A DNA stretch of 39,457 nucleotides from Actinomycetota bacterium (GCA_046725875.1 JBKOZJ010000177.1:1-39457), one strand, 5' to 3'. Positions 28,663 through 38,591 are shown, numbered from the stretch's first letter. Numbers and translations are program-made. Notes: generated from the sequence alone by a model not told the origin.

Positions 28663-28821
28663 CTAAGCCTTGCCGAGGATCCGGTTTAGCTTTGTGCCAC
28701 AGACCGGACACGTGCCCTGTGCCATCCTGCGTCCTGACTCACTTACCTTGACTTCACCGGTGAAATCGCGCTTCTCCTTGCACTTCACGCAATACGCCTC
28801 GCCCGTGTATGTCTCGGCCAT
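28663..28821 (-). CDS. DUF5679 family small basic zinc-ribbon protein (52 aa)
   Basis: AYCVKCKEKR...GRRMAQGTCPVCGTKLNRI; AAAGGAGG RBS. Confidence 0.85.
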   Translation of the reverse strand: MAETYTGEAYCVKCKEKRDFTGEVKVSESGRRMAQGTCPVCGTKLNRILGKA

Positions 28822-28988
28822 CTCGGCCCTCCTTTGGTGTACGCCCCGCCGAGCGGTTAGGTAACTCCCCCTCATCCGGTGACGGAAACCCATCCTGTCC
28901 CGCGGCATGATGCACATTGACCCCGAACGCGGCCCGGCTTGGCCGGAGCGCGCTCCCGGCCGACCCGAGGCGGATATCGGAGCAGCAG

Positions 28989-29813
28989 ATGAGCGACAGG
29001 CACGTCCTGGAAGAGTCGATCGTGGAGTACGAGCATCTCCGAGTGGAGCGCCGTACCGGTGGAGTGGTCCTCGTAGTGTTGGACAACCGGGAGCGGCGCA
29101 ACGCCATGTCGCCGGGGATGACCAAGTCATGGACCGACGCCATCACGAAGGTGCGGGACGATCCGGCGGTGCGCTGCGTGGTCGTCACCGGGGCTGGCAG
29201 TGCGTTCTGCGCCGGTGGGGACATGGAGTGGCTCGGTTCGGAGCCGCAGGCAACGGTCGACGTCCTTCGCTCGCGGATGCTGCCGTTCTACCGTGCGTGG
29301 CTGGCGATCCGCGAGGTTCCCGTCCCGTCGATCGCCGCTGTCAACGGCGCCGCAATCGGCGCGGGACTATGTCTGGCGCTCGCCTGCGACCTACGGTACG
29401 CCGCCACGGATGCGAGACTCTCGGCCCCGTTCACCACGCTGGGAATGCATGCAGGTATGGCGGCAACCTGGTTGCTGCCACAGCTCGGCGGCCTTGGTCT
29501 GGCTCGCGAGATGCTACTGGCCGGTCGAGCGCTCACGGGTAGCGAGGCGACGGCGGCCGGTTTGGTTAACCGAGCTTTCGACGGCCCCGAACTGCTCGGC
29601 TCGGTTCTCGACATCGCCGCGTCGGTCGCCGCCAAGGCGCCGATCGCGACCCGGCTGACCAAGGCGGCGCTGGCCGAGGGGCAACCGGCCAGTATCGAGG
29701 CGGCGCTCCAGTGGGAGGCGCTCGCGCAGCCCGTGACGATGGCCACCGAGGACCTCAGGGAGGGTCTCGCTGCACAGCGAGACCGGCGCCCGCCGGTCTT
29801 CCACGGGCGCTGA
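28989..29813 (+). CDS. Enoyl-CoA hydratase/isomerase family protein
   Basis: RRNAM, AFCAGGD, IAAVNGAAIGAG, LACDLRYA, EDLREGL...RPPVFHGR. Confidence 0.92.
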   Translation: MSDRHVLEESIVEYEHLRVERRTGGVVLVVLDNRERRNAMSPGMTKSWTDAITKVRDDPAVRCVVVTGAGSAFCAGGDMEWLGSEPQATVDVLRSRMLPFYRAWLAIREVPVPSIAAVNGAAIGAGLCLALACDLRYAATDARLSAPFTTLGMHAGMAATWLLPQLGGLGLAREMLLAGRALTGSEATAAGLVNRAFDGPELLGSVLDIAASVAAKAPIATRLTKAALAEGQPASIEAALQWEALAQPVTMATEDLREGLAAQRDRRPPVFHGR

Positions 29814-30071
29814 CCTAACGGCGCGCGCCGGCGAGGCCGGTGTCGCGGTCGGATGGCTGCCTCGCCGACGGTCGGCGGTGACGGCGGGCCGGCCGGCGCG
29901 GCACGGAAAAACGGTTGCGGCGGACGCCGCGCCGGCTGCCCTTGACAATTCGAAGCCCCCAGGCCGCACAGCCGTGCGCACGCCTTCCCCTTGCGGGCGC
30001 CCGACCGGTTTTCCCGGAGGCTCCGTGACGAGCACGCTAGGAAACGGGGGATGGCAGGGTCAACACAGCGC

Positions 30072-30212
30072 TGTGGACAACGGTGTGGAGGGGATGGGGA
30101 CCGGCTGGGGTGTCGCTGTGGAAGCTCGGTTTACGACGCTGTGGACAGCAGCTCAACGGTCGGTGTACGGCACGCCTGACCTGCGTTAACGCCGTCCCCC
30201 GGATGTGGAGAA
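30072..30212. promoter_or_regulatory. Cluster of DnaA-box-like nonamers
   Basis: TGTGGACAA (exact reverse complement of TTGTCCACA) at 30072 plus TGTGGA-containing variants at 30084, 30117, 30140 and 30204, all co-oriented. Confidence 0.5.
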
Positions 30213-30259
30213 AACAAAGATGCTCGGCTCTTCACCCGTTTGGCCTGTACCTTTCGGAC

Positions 30260-30913
30260 GTGGCCGTCAATCCCACTGAGCCCGGCAGCTCACGCGCCGG
30301 CGCGCCGGATGGAGATCCGGCAGCGGAGTCTGCCGAGGCTGAGTCGGTGGCCGTCGCCGCCCCGCTGGACAGCCTCAATGGGCCGACTTCGGGGTCCGAT
30401 CAGAGGGTGGAGGTGCGCCGGAGCGCGCGCCGGCGCCGCACCGTGTCGGCCTACCGCGACGGCGATCGTACGGTCGTGCTTATTCCGGCCCGGATGAGCC
30501 GCGCGGAGGAGCGGCACTGGGTCGAGGCGATGGTCGCCCGTCTCGAGCGTCAGGAGTCGCGGCTGCGTCCGAGTGACGATGCGCTGCTGGCGCGGGCGAA
30601 GCTGCTGTCGGCGCGCTACCTCGACGGCATGGCCGACCCGGCGAGCGTGCGGTGGGTGCCCAACCAGCGCCACCGCTGGGGATCGTGTACTCCATCGGAC
30701 CGGGCCATCCGCGTGTCGGCTCGGCTCCGCGGGATGCCGGAGTACGTCGTCGATTACGTGCTCCTGCACGAGCTTGCGCATCTAGTCGTGCCCGGCCATG
30801 GCTCCGACTTCTGGAGGCTGCTCAGTCGCTACCCGAAGACCGACCGGGCGCGCGGCTACCTCGATGGCGTCGCGGCCACCGCCCACCTCGACCTCTCCGA
30901 TGAAGCCGATTGA
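30260..30913 (+). CDS. M48-like/YgjP (DUF45) metallo-hydrolase
   Basis: VEVRRSARRRRTVSA, RWGSCT, YVLLHELAHL (HExxH), HG..FW; TACCTT -10 six nt before GTG 30260 (leaderless). Confidence 0.88.
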   Translation: MAVNPTEPGSSRAGAPDGDPAAESAEAESVAVAAPLDSLNGPTSGSDQRVEVRRSARRRRTVSAYRDGDRTVVLIPARMSRAEERHWVEAMVARLERQESRLRPSDDALLARAKLLSARYLDGMADPASVRWVPNQRHRWGSCTPSDRAIRVSARLRGMPEYVVDYVLLHELAHLVVPGHGSDFWRLLSRYPKTDRARGYLDGVAATAHLDLSDEAD

Positions 30914-30919
30914 GCCAGA

Positions 30920-32224
30920 TCAGCGCTGGGCGTCGTTCTCGCCATCACCGATGTCGGGGACCGTGAGATCGGTGTCGGTCCGGCGAACGTAGTCAGCCGG
31001 GTTGTCCAGGTCGTCGGCCGTCGGCATCAGATCGGGGTGCGCCCACAGCGCGTCGCGGGCATCTCTGCCGCGCCCCTCGCCATACAAATGCCACAAAGCC
31101 GCGGCCTCGCGCAGCCGGCGGGGGCGCAGCTCGAGCCCGACCAGTGTCGCGAAGGTTTGCTCCGCCGGACCACCGGCGGCGCGCCGGCGGCGTACGGTCT
31201 CCCGCAGCGCCCCGGCCGAGGGCAAATGTGGCTCGGCGGCCGCACTTACAACCTCATCCACCCAACCCTCGACGAGCGCAAGCGTCGTCTCGAGCCGGGC
31301 CAGCGCGGCCTGTTGCTCGGGCGTCTGCTCGATCTCGAACATCCCGCCCGACAGTGCCGCCTGCATCGCCTCGGGGTCCGATGGGTCGAGCCGGCCGACC
31401 GCTTCCTCGAGCCGGCTCGTGTCGACCTTGATGCCACGCGAGTAGGCCTCAACCGCGCCGAGCAGGTGGGCGCGCAACCATGGCACGTGAGCGAAGAGCC
31501 GATGGTGCGCGGCCTCCCGAAGCGCCAAGTAGAGGCGGACCTGGTCGGCGGGAACTCCCAGTCCTTCGCCGAAAGCGCCGACATTGGCCGGCAGCAGTGC
31601 GGCGGTGCCGGCCGGTCCAAGCGGCAGGCCGATGTCGGTCGACCCCACTACTTCGGTGGCGAGCTCACCGATCGCCTGTCCAACCTGGCCGCCGAACATT
31701 GCGCCGCCCATCCGCTGGATCACGCCGAGCAACGGCCCGGCCATCTGGCGCATCTCGGCTGGCACCATCTGGTCCATCGAACCGGCGACCCGGGTCGCGA
31801 CCGGCTCGACGAGCTTCCGCCAGGTCGGCAGCGTGCCCTCGACCCATTCCGCCCGGCTCCACGCGCGCGCCGTCTTCACCCCGGCGGGGATCGCGGTCAC
31901 CGCGTCCAACCAGGTGTCGGCAAGTTCCACGGCGTCGACGACGGCGCGCTGATCGGAGTTGGACACTGAGGCGTCACCCTTGGCGGAGACCGTCTGCCGG
32001 GCCATGTCGCGGGCGAGCTCCCAGTTGACCGGACCGGTCTGGTCGCTCGAGAGCGCCCGTCCTAGTTGCTGGAAGATCGCGCCAAGCTGGCCCGGGTCCA
32101 TCGCGCCGAACAGCGCGGCCATCGGGTCCAGCGGTCCCGATCCGCCGCCGGCATCATTCGCCGGGTCGTCTGGCTGCTCCGGGTCGTTCGGGTCGCGCTC
32201 TGGATCGCGCGGGAGATCGTTCAC
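30920..32224 (-). CDS. Zinc-dependent metalloprotease-like protein (DUF2342 family)
   Basis: GPVNWELA, ALREAAHHRLF, LETTLALVEGWVD, RRRRAAGGPAE, LELRPRRLREA; AGGAGG RBS before GTG 32224. Confidence 0.85.
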   Translation of the reverse strand: MNDLPRDPERDPNDPEQPDDPANDAGGGSGPLDPMAALFGAMDPGQLGAIFQQLGRALSSDQTGPVNWELARDMARQTVSAKGDASVSNSDQRAVVDAVELADTWLDAVTAIPAGVKTARAWSRAEWVEGTLPTWRKLVEPVATRVAGSMDQMVPAEMRQMAGPLLGVIQRMGGAMFGGQVGQAIGELATEVVGSTDIGLPLGPAGTAALLPANVGAFGEGLGVPADQVRLYLALREAAHHRLFAHVPWLRAHLLGAVEAYSRGIKVDTSRLEEAVGRLDPSDPEAMQAALSGGMFEIEQTPEQQAALARLETTLALVEGWVDEVVSAAAEPHLPSAGALRETVRRRRAAGGPAEQTFATLVGLELRPRRLREAAALWHLYGEGRGRDARDALWAHPDLMPTADDLDNPADYVRRTDTDLTVPDIGDGENDAQR

Positions 32225-32503
32225 GACGCTCCCTCCTGGTCGTCCGCGGCGTCGCGCGGTGGTGCCTCCGGGTGAGGACTCAATGCTCTCCACCGTAACG
32301 ACTAGATCTACCGCTCAAATGTTCCGGCCGTCCGCCCTGGGCTGAACGAGGTAAGCCGCGGTCTGCTTTTCCGGAAGCCGTGCTGGATGATCTGCCCCGC
32401 TGGGGTGCAGCGCGACGTGTCGACCGAGGACGCAGCGTCGGGTATTCCGTACGCTTGCCTGATCGGCGTTGGGCGCTGAGTGAAGGCCGGGGCAGGGAGG
32501 GTT

Positions 32504-33622
32504 GTGCTGGACACTGCGGCGGGCAAGACCCGGACTCGGCGGACGCGGGCCGGCGGGCGCCGGCGGAGCGCGCCGACCATTGCGGTCACCGGAGCCGCCA
32601 GTGGCTTGGGCCGTATCCTCGCTGCCAGACTCGCGGCGAACAGCGCCGTAGGAAGGGTGGTCGCGATCGACGACCACCGCAGCGAGCTCGCCGGAGTCTC
32701 CTGGCGTGTGCTCGACGTGCGCGACCCGCTGATCGCGGAGCGCTTCAGCGGGGTCGATACGGTGGTCCATCTCGCCGTGGACACGAGCGTGGGGAGCGAC
32801 CGGCAGGCGCGCACCGCCCTCAACGTTCGCGGCACGCAGACCGTCTTGACCGCCGCGGCCGCCGCCGCGGTTAAGCGGGTTGTGCTTTGTACGAGCGCCA
32901 TGGTCTATGGCGCCCACGCGGACAATCCGGTACCTCTCGAGGAGGACGCACCGCTGCGGGCAACCGAGGACGGCTCGCTGGTCAGCGATTTGCTCGAGAT
33001 CGAGCGGTTGGCCGAGCGGGCTCCGCGCACGCATCCAGGACTCTCGATCACCGTCGTCCGACCGGCAGTCGTGGTGGGCCCCGACGTGGACAGCGTCTTG
33101 ACGAGACATTTCGAGGCGCCGCGGCTCCTCGTCGTACGGGACTCCCGGCCGGCGTGGCAGTTCTGCCATGTCGACGACCTGGCGTCGGCGCTCGAGTACG
33201 CCTCGCTCGGCTTGGTCGAAGGCATCGTCACGGTCGGCTGCGAGGGCTGGCTGCATCAGGAGGACGTGGAACGCCTGTCCGGCGTGCGCCGGATCGAGCT
33301 GCCGGCGCCGGTTGCCTTCGGTACGGCCGAACGGCTCCACCGGCTTGGCGTGATCCCGGCACCGGCGAGCGATCTCGAATACGTCACCTACCCCTGGGTG
33401 ATTCCCTCCACCCGGCTGCGCGCCGCCGGCTGGCGGCCGATGTATGACAACCTCACGGCGTTCCACGTGCTCCTCCAACAGGCGGCGGGCCGGCATGCGA
33501 TCGCGTCGCGCCGGCTCGGCCGGCGGGACGCGACGATCGGTGCCGCCGGGGCGACGGTCGCGATACTGGGAACCGCGGCGGTCGTCCGGCGGGCCCGCAA
33601 GCGGCGCCGGTCGGACGGCTGA
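32504..33622 (+). CDS. NAD-dependent epimerase/dehydratase (extended SDR)
   Basis: AVTGAASGLG, VVHLA, NVRGT, TSAMVYGA, QFCHVDD; GGAGG RBS before GTG 32504. Confidence 0.88.
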   Translation: MLDTAAGKTRTRRTRAGGRRRSAPTIAVTGAASGLGRILAARLAANSAVGRVVAIDDHRSELAGVSWRVLDVRDPLIAERFSGVDTVVHLAVDTSVGSDRQARTALNVRGTQTVLTAAAAAAVKRVVLCTSAMVYGAHADNPVPLEEDAPLRATEDGSLVSDLLEIERLAERAPRTHPGLSITVVRPAVVVGPDVDSVLTRHFEAPRLLVVRDSRPAWQFCHVDDLASALEYASLGLVEGIVTVGCEGWLHQEDVERLSGVRRIELPAPVAFGTAERLHRLGVIPAPASDLEYVTYPWVIPSTRLRAAGWRPMYDNLTAFHVLLQQAAGRHAIASRRLGRRDATIGAAGATVAILGTAAVVRRARKRRRSDG

Positions 33623-33719
33623 CTGTGCCGGTCGGCGACGCCGGTTGTACGAAACACGGCAGCCTGGGTTTCTCAGCTGAGGGCCTCAGTAAGCAGACCA
33701 GAGCGGGCGAGGACGGCGG

Positions 33720-34199
33720 GTGAGCAACGTGACAGGTTCCGCGACAGAAGAAACTGAGATCGGTGGCCGCGGGGCTAGCCGCGTCATCCGGCTGCTGGCG
33801 ATCCGCGACGAGCCCCTGTCGGTCGACGAGGTGCTTGCCGCGGTCGCTGACCCGGCAGCCGGCGGCGTGGTGCTCTTCGTGGGAACAGTGCGCGACCGCG
33901 ACCACGGTCAAACGGTGACCGATCTCGGCTACTCGGCTCATCCGAGCGTGCTGGTCCAGCTGCGGGCGGTCGCCGAGAAGGTCGCCGCCGACTTTCCCGT
34001 TCGCGCGATCGCCGCGGTTCATCGCGTGGGGGAGCTGGCCGTCGGAGATCTGGCCGTCGTTGTGGCGGTGGCCTGCCCGCATCGGGCCGAGGCCTTCGAC
34101 GCCTGCCGACGGTTGATCGACGACCTCAAGGCGACGGTCCCGATCTGGAAACACCAGCGCTTCGTTGACGGCACCGACGAGTGGGTCGGCTCCGCCTGA
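33720..34199 (+). CDS. moaE: Molybdopterin synthase catalytic subunit MoaE
   Basis: GGVVLFVGTVRD, HRVGEL.VGD, HRAEAF, LKATVPIWKHQ...EWV. Confidence 0.92.
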   Translation: MSNVTGSATEETEIGGRGASRVIRLLAIRDEPLSVDEVLAAVADPAAGGVVLFVGTVRDRDHGQTVTDLGYSAHPSVLVQLRAVAEKVAADFPVRAIAAVHRVGELAVGDLAVVVAVACPHRAEAFDACRRLIDDLKATVPIWKHQRFVDGTDEWVGSA

Positions 34200-34308
34200 G
34201 CCGGACCGCTTTATGCCAGGTAGCACGCCGCAAGTCGGGCAAGTCGGGCGGCTGAGGGCAGCTACCGGGCGTTAAGCGGCGGTGGGAGGAGTCACGTAGG
34301 GTGCGGTT

Positions 34309-35358
34309 ATGTCCCGTCGATCAGCGACGCTGGCCGTCGCGGGTGGACTGCTTGTCCTCCTTGTCGCGGTTGCCGCCCTGCTCCCGGTCCCGTACGCGGA
34401 GCTCAGTCCGGGGCCGACGACGAACACCTTGGGCACTGCGGGTGGCAAGGAACTGATCACGATCAGCGGCCGGGGGACCTATCCCACCGGCGGGCACCTC
34501 AACCTCACGACGGTCGCCGTGACCGGCGCCAACACCAAGCTCGGCCTGCTCGAAGCGTTGCGCGGCTGGCTCGCGGACGATGTCGCGGTCGTTCCGCGGG
34601 ACACGATCTACCCCGATGACCAGACTCCTGAGGAGATCGAGCAGCAAAACGCCGAGGAGATGGAGCTTTCCCAGGAGCACGCGACCGCTGCGGCCCTGCT
34701 CGAGCTCGACGTCAAGCCGACCAAGCAGGCGGTCCTTGTCGCGAGCGTCGCGGCCGACTCGCCGGCTCGCGGGAAAATTCACGCCGGCGATCAGATCACG
34801 GCGGTGGACGGGGTGCGGGTTACCACACCTGCTCAGGTCAGGACGGAGATTCGCAAGCACAAGCCGGGCGACCAGGTCACGCTCACGCTCCTGCGCGGCG
34901 GCGCAACCCGGGACGTCACGGTGGGAACCCGCCCGGCCGACGACGACCCCGAGGTGGCCCAGGTGGGCATCGCCCCGGACATCGGCTATAGCTGGCCGTT
35001 CAAGGTCGGCATCGAGCTCGACGACGTCGGCGGGCCGAGCGCTGGCCTGATGTTCGCGCTTGGCATCTACGACAAACTGACCCCGGGCGAAATCAACGGC
35101 GGGCAGTTCATCGCTGGGACGGGCACGATCGACGACGCCGGTCGGGTCGGCCCGATCGGCGGCATCCAGATGAAGATCATCGGTGCTCGCCGCGCGGGCG
35201 CAACGGTGTTCTTGGCACCGAAGGACAACTGCGCCGAGGCCACGAACAGCCCGCCAAGTGGCATCCGGATCGTCCCGGTGAACAGCCTTGATGCCGCGCT
35301 GACCGCGCTCGCCAAGGTCCGGGTCGGCCAGACCGCCTCGCTCCCCACCTGCAGCTAG
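34309..35358 (+). CDS. Membrane-anchored PDZ domain / Lon-type (S16) protease, YlbL-like
   Basis: N-terminal TM, SPGPT, PDZ (SPA...GDQITAVDG), GGPSAGLMF (Ser), AGTGTI, GGIQMK (Lys); TAGGGT -10 six nt before ATG. Confidence 0.92.
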   Translation: MSRRSATLAVAGGLLVLLVAVAALLPVPYAELSPGPTTNTLGTAGGKELITISGRGTYPTGGHLNLTTVAVTGANTKLGLLEALRGWLADDVAVVPRDTIYPDDQTPEEIEQQNAEEMELSQEHATAAALLELDVKPTKQAVLVASVAADSPARGKIHAGDQITAVDGVRVTTPAQVRTEIRKHKPGDQVTLTLLRGGATRDVTVGTRPADDDPEVAQVGIAPDIGYSWPFKVGIELDDVGGPSAGLMFALGIYDKLTPGEINGGQFIAGTGTIDDAGRVGPIGGIQMKIIGARRAGATVFLAPKDNCAEATNSPPSGIRIVPVNSLDAALTALAKVRVGQTASLPTCS

Positions 35359-35361
35359 GCC

Positions 35362-35403
35362 GAAGGGACCCTTACTCCGGCTGGATGCACCGAGGGTCCC
35401 TTC
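35362..35403 (+). terminator. Inverted repeat after the PDZ-protease gene
   Basis: GAAGGGACCCT / AGGGTCCCTTC 11-bp stem right after the stop codon. Confidence 0.55.
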
Positions 35404-35515
35404 TACACGCGGGCGGGGCGGTCCCGGTAACGGCACTGCTCCGGAACCCGTACACATTCATAGATATGACCTGGCAGCCGTACGCAGGCGCCCGACGAGC
35501 ACGTAGGTTTGGACC

Positions 35516-38494
35516 GTGACATTCGACATGCCCGGGCGGAGGCCCCGCCGACCGGACCGCCCGACGCGGATGTTCGCGCGGCGGCCACGCGCGCTGGTGC
35601 CCACGCTCGTCGTGCTGGTCGCACTCATCATCTTCTTCAGTATCTTCACCAACCAGTGGACCGAGCTGCTGTGGTACCGATCGGTCGGTTACTCCGATGT
35701 CTTCAGGACGCGGCTGGTGACGAAGCTGCTCCTGTTCCTGGTGTTCGGGCTCATCATGGGCGGATCGATCGCGGGAACTATCTATGCGGCCTACCGCCTG
35801 CGGCCCGCGTTCCGCGGCACGTCGACCGAGCAGCAGAGCCTCGACCGCTACCGCACGGCGATCGACCCCTACAAGCGGTTGATCGTCATCGGGCTCAGCG
35901 CCTTCATCGGTCTGCTCGGTGGGCTCGCCGCCTCCAACGAGTGGCGCACCTGGCTGCAGTGGCGGAACAAGGTGTCGTTCGGCATCGAAGACCCGCAGTT
36001 CCACAAGGACATCTCGTTCTTCGCGATGACGCTGCCCTGGTGGCGCTTCGTCATCGGGTTCTTCTTCGCGGTCGTGATCCTCGCGTTGATCGCGACCGTC
36101 GCCACGCACTATTTGTACGGCGGCATTAGGTTCCAGGCTCGCGGCGAGCGGGTGGCACCTGCCGCCGCCGCGCACCTGTCGGTTCTCCTTGGCGTTTTCG
36201 TGCTGCTGAAGGCGGTGGCCTACTGGCTGGACCGGTATGGCCTCGCCGTCGCCAGCGAGCGGTTCGTCGTGAGCGGCTGGACCGGCCTACGCTATCGCGA
36301 CGTCAACGCGCTGCTGCCGGCGAAGACGATCCTGGCCGCGATCGCGCTCATCTGCGCCATCCTGTTCTTCGCCAACGTGGTCAGGCGCACGTGGCTGCTC
36401 CCGGTCATTGGCTTCGGGCTGCTCGTCGTCTTCGCGATCGTCATCGGCGGCATCTATCCGGCGATCGTCCAGCAGTTCCAGGTCAAACCGTCGGAGCGGC
36501 AGCTCGAAGCGAAGTACATGGGCCGGAACATCGAGGCCACCCGGGCCGCCTACGGGCTGAACGACGTCGACATCAAGGCATACAACGCGCAAACGGCGGC
36601 GACCGAGGGCCAGCTGCGCAACGACGCCGACACGACGGCGAGCGTGCGGCTGATGGACCCGGCCGTCGTGTCGCCGACCTTCAAGCAGGACCAGCAGGTG
36701 CGTGGGTTCTACGAGTTCCCCGACACGCTCGATGTCGACCGTTACCGGGTCGATGGGCAGAGGCAGACCCAGGATGTCGTGGTGGGGGTCCGCGAGCTCG
36801 AACAGGCAGGACTACCCACAAACCAGCGGAACTGGATCAACGACCACCTGGTCTACACGCACGGCTTCGGCTTCGTCGCGGCCCGCGGGAACACTCGGCA
36901 GCCGACCGGGCATCCGTCCTACATCGAGGCAGACATACCGCCGCAAGGCACCCTCGGCGAGTTCCAGCCGCGGGTCTATTACGGCGAGCAGGCCCCTTCG
37001 TACTCCATCGTCGGCGCGCCCGAGGGAACCACGCCGGCCGAGCTTGACTACCCGGACGACCGGCAGCCCAACGGCCAGGCGAACACAACCTATACCGGCG
37101 CCGGCGGGGTCAAGATCGGATCGTTCTTCAACAAGCTCCTCTACGCCGTGAAGTACCGCGAGGAGAAGATCTTCCTATCCAGCGGCGTCAACTCCGAATC
37201 GCGCATCCTCTACGTACGCAACCCGCGGGAGCGTGTGGAAAAGGTCGCGCCGTGGCTCACCGTGGATAGCAACACCTACCCGGCAATCGTCGACGGCCGG
37301 CTGGTGTGGATCGTGGACGGCTACACCACGACCGGCGGCTACCCCTACTCGTCCCGGCGGACGCTGGGCGAGGTGACCGAGACGTCGCTTACCACTGAGA
37401 ACCGCGCGGTCATCGCGCCGCAAGACACGGTGAACTACATCCGCAACTCGGTGAAGGCGATGGTCGACGCTTACGACGGCACGGTGACGCTGTACGCGTG
37501 GGACGAGTCCGACCCCATCCTGAAGATGTGGATGAAGGCCTTTCCGGGGACGGTAAAGCCGCGTTCGGATATCTCCGATGGGCTGATGGCACACCTGCGC
37601 TACCCCGAGGACCTGTTCAAGGTGCAGCGCGACCTGCTCGCCCAATACCACGTGACCGACGCGACCGCGTTCTACTCCGGCCAGGACTTCTGGCGGGTGC
37701 CAGCCGATCCGACCGGTGACGGTGGCGACCAGCCGCCGTACTACCTGACGATCCGGATGCCGGACCAGGAGGACGCGACCTTCTCGCTTACGAGCACGCT
37801 GGTGCCGACCAACCGGCAGAACCTCGCCGCGTTCGTCGCGGTCGACGCCAACCCCGGGTCCGACTACGGGAAGTTGCGCGTGCTGGAACTGCCGCGAAAC
37901 ACGGTCATCCCGGGACCGGCCCAAGTCCAGAATAACTTCCGTTCCAACACCCAAATCTCGCAGCGGCTCAACCTGCTCACCCGTGGTGGGCAGTCGAACG
38001 TCGTCTACGGCAACCTGCTCACCCTGCCGGTCGGCGGCGGGTTGCTCTACGTCGAACCGGTGTACGTGGAAGGCGCCAGTGGCAGTGCGACCTTCCCGCT
38101 GCTGAGGCTGGTCTTGGTGTCCTTCGGCGATCAGATTGCGATCAGCGAGACGTTGCAGGGTGGGCTGGACGCAATCTTCAGTGGCAACGCGGGAACCGAG
38201 ACCGGCGAGGAGCCACCGCCCAGCGGGCAACAGCCACCTCCAGCGGGCGGCGAGCAGCCACCGAACGCCGCTCTCACCGCACAACTCGCCAAGGCATTGG
38301 CGGACGCACAAACGGCGTACGACCGCGGGCAGGCGGCCCTGCGGTCGGGCGACTTCGCTGCGTACGGAGAGGCGCAGCAGCAGTTGGCCGCGGCATTGCG
38401 GCGGGCCGAGGACCTGGGCCGGCGGCTGACCGCCGCGGGCACCACGCCGACGGCATCTCCGAGTGCATCACAGACGGCCACACCCTCCCAATGA
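35516..38494 (+). CDS. UPF0182 family integral membrane protein
   Basis: LWYRSVGY, DPQFHKDISFF, NIEATRAAYGL, WINDHLVYTHGFG, PRVYYGE, ERVEKVAPWL, NYIRNSVKA, HLRYPEDLF, GNLLTLP. Confidence 0.95.
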   Translation: MTFDMPGRRPRRPDRPTRMFARRPRALVPTLVVLVALIIFFSIFTNQWTELLWYRSVGYSDVFRTRLVTKLLLFLVFGLIMGGSIAGTIYAAYRLRPAFRGTSTEQQSLDRYRTAIDPYKRLIVIGLSAFIGLLGGLAASNEWRTWLQWRNKVSFGIEDPQFHKDISFFAMTLPWWRFVIGFFFAVVILALIATVATHYLYGGIRFQARGERVAPAAAAHLSVLLGVFVLLKAVAYWLDRYGLAVASERFVVSGWTGLRYRDVNALLPAKTILAAIALICAILFFANVVRRTWLLPVIGFGLLVVFAIVIGGIYPAIVQQFQVKPSERQLEAKYMGRNIEATRAAYGLNDVDIKAYNAQTAATEGQLRNDADTTASVRLMDPAVVSPTFKQDQQVRGFYEFPDTLDVDRYRVDGQRQTQDVVVGVRELEQAGLPTNQRNWINDHLVYTHGFGFVAARGNTRQPTGHPSYIEADIPPQGTLGEFQPRVYYGEQAPSYSIVGAPEGTTPAELDYPDDRQPNGQANTTYTGAGGVKIGSFFNKLLYAVKYREEKIFLSSGVNSESRILYVRNPRERVEKVAPWLTVDSNTYPAIVDGRLVWIVDGYTTTGGYPYSSRRTLGEVTETSLTTENRAVIAPQDTVNYIRNSVKAMVDAYDGTVTLYAWDESDPILKMWMKAFPGTVKPRSDISDGLMAHLRYPEDLFKVQRDLLAQYHVTDATAFYSGQDFWRVPADPTGDGGDQPPYYLTIRMPDQEDATFSLTSTLVPTNRQNLAAFVAVDANPGSDYGKLRVLELPRNTVIPGPAQVQNNFRSNTQISQRLNLLTRGGQSNVVYGNLLTLPVGGGLLYVEPVYVEGASGSATFPLLRLVLVSFGDQIAISETLQGGLDAIFSGNAGTETGEEPPPSGQQPPPAGGEQPPNAALTAQLAKALADAQTAYDRGQAALRSGDFAAYGEAQQQLAAALRRAEDLGRRLTAAGTTPTASPSASQTATPSQ

Positions 38495-38517
38495 TGCGGG
38501 GGATCAATTGGCGTGCA

Positions 38518-38591
38518 TGTGGATGGACTGGTGGACAACCAGTGGACAACGGCCCTGAACCTGGGGGTAACGCAGCGGTTTCTGTGGACTG
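38518..38591. promoter_or_regulatory. Second cluster of DnaA-box-like nonamers
   Basis: GTGGACAAC direct repeat at 38531 and 38542 (11-bp period), plus TGTGGATGG at 38518 and TGTGGACTG at 38583. Confidence 0.45.

Noticed and set aside
35426..35452. Possible ECF promoter GTAAC-N17-CGTAC upstream of UPF0182
   Set aside because: Short motif that could arise by chance; no sigma factor can be assigned
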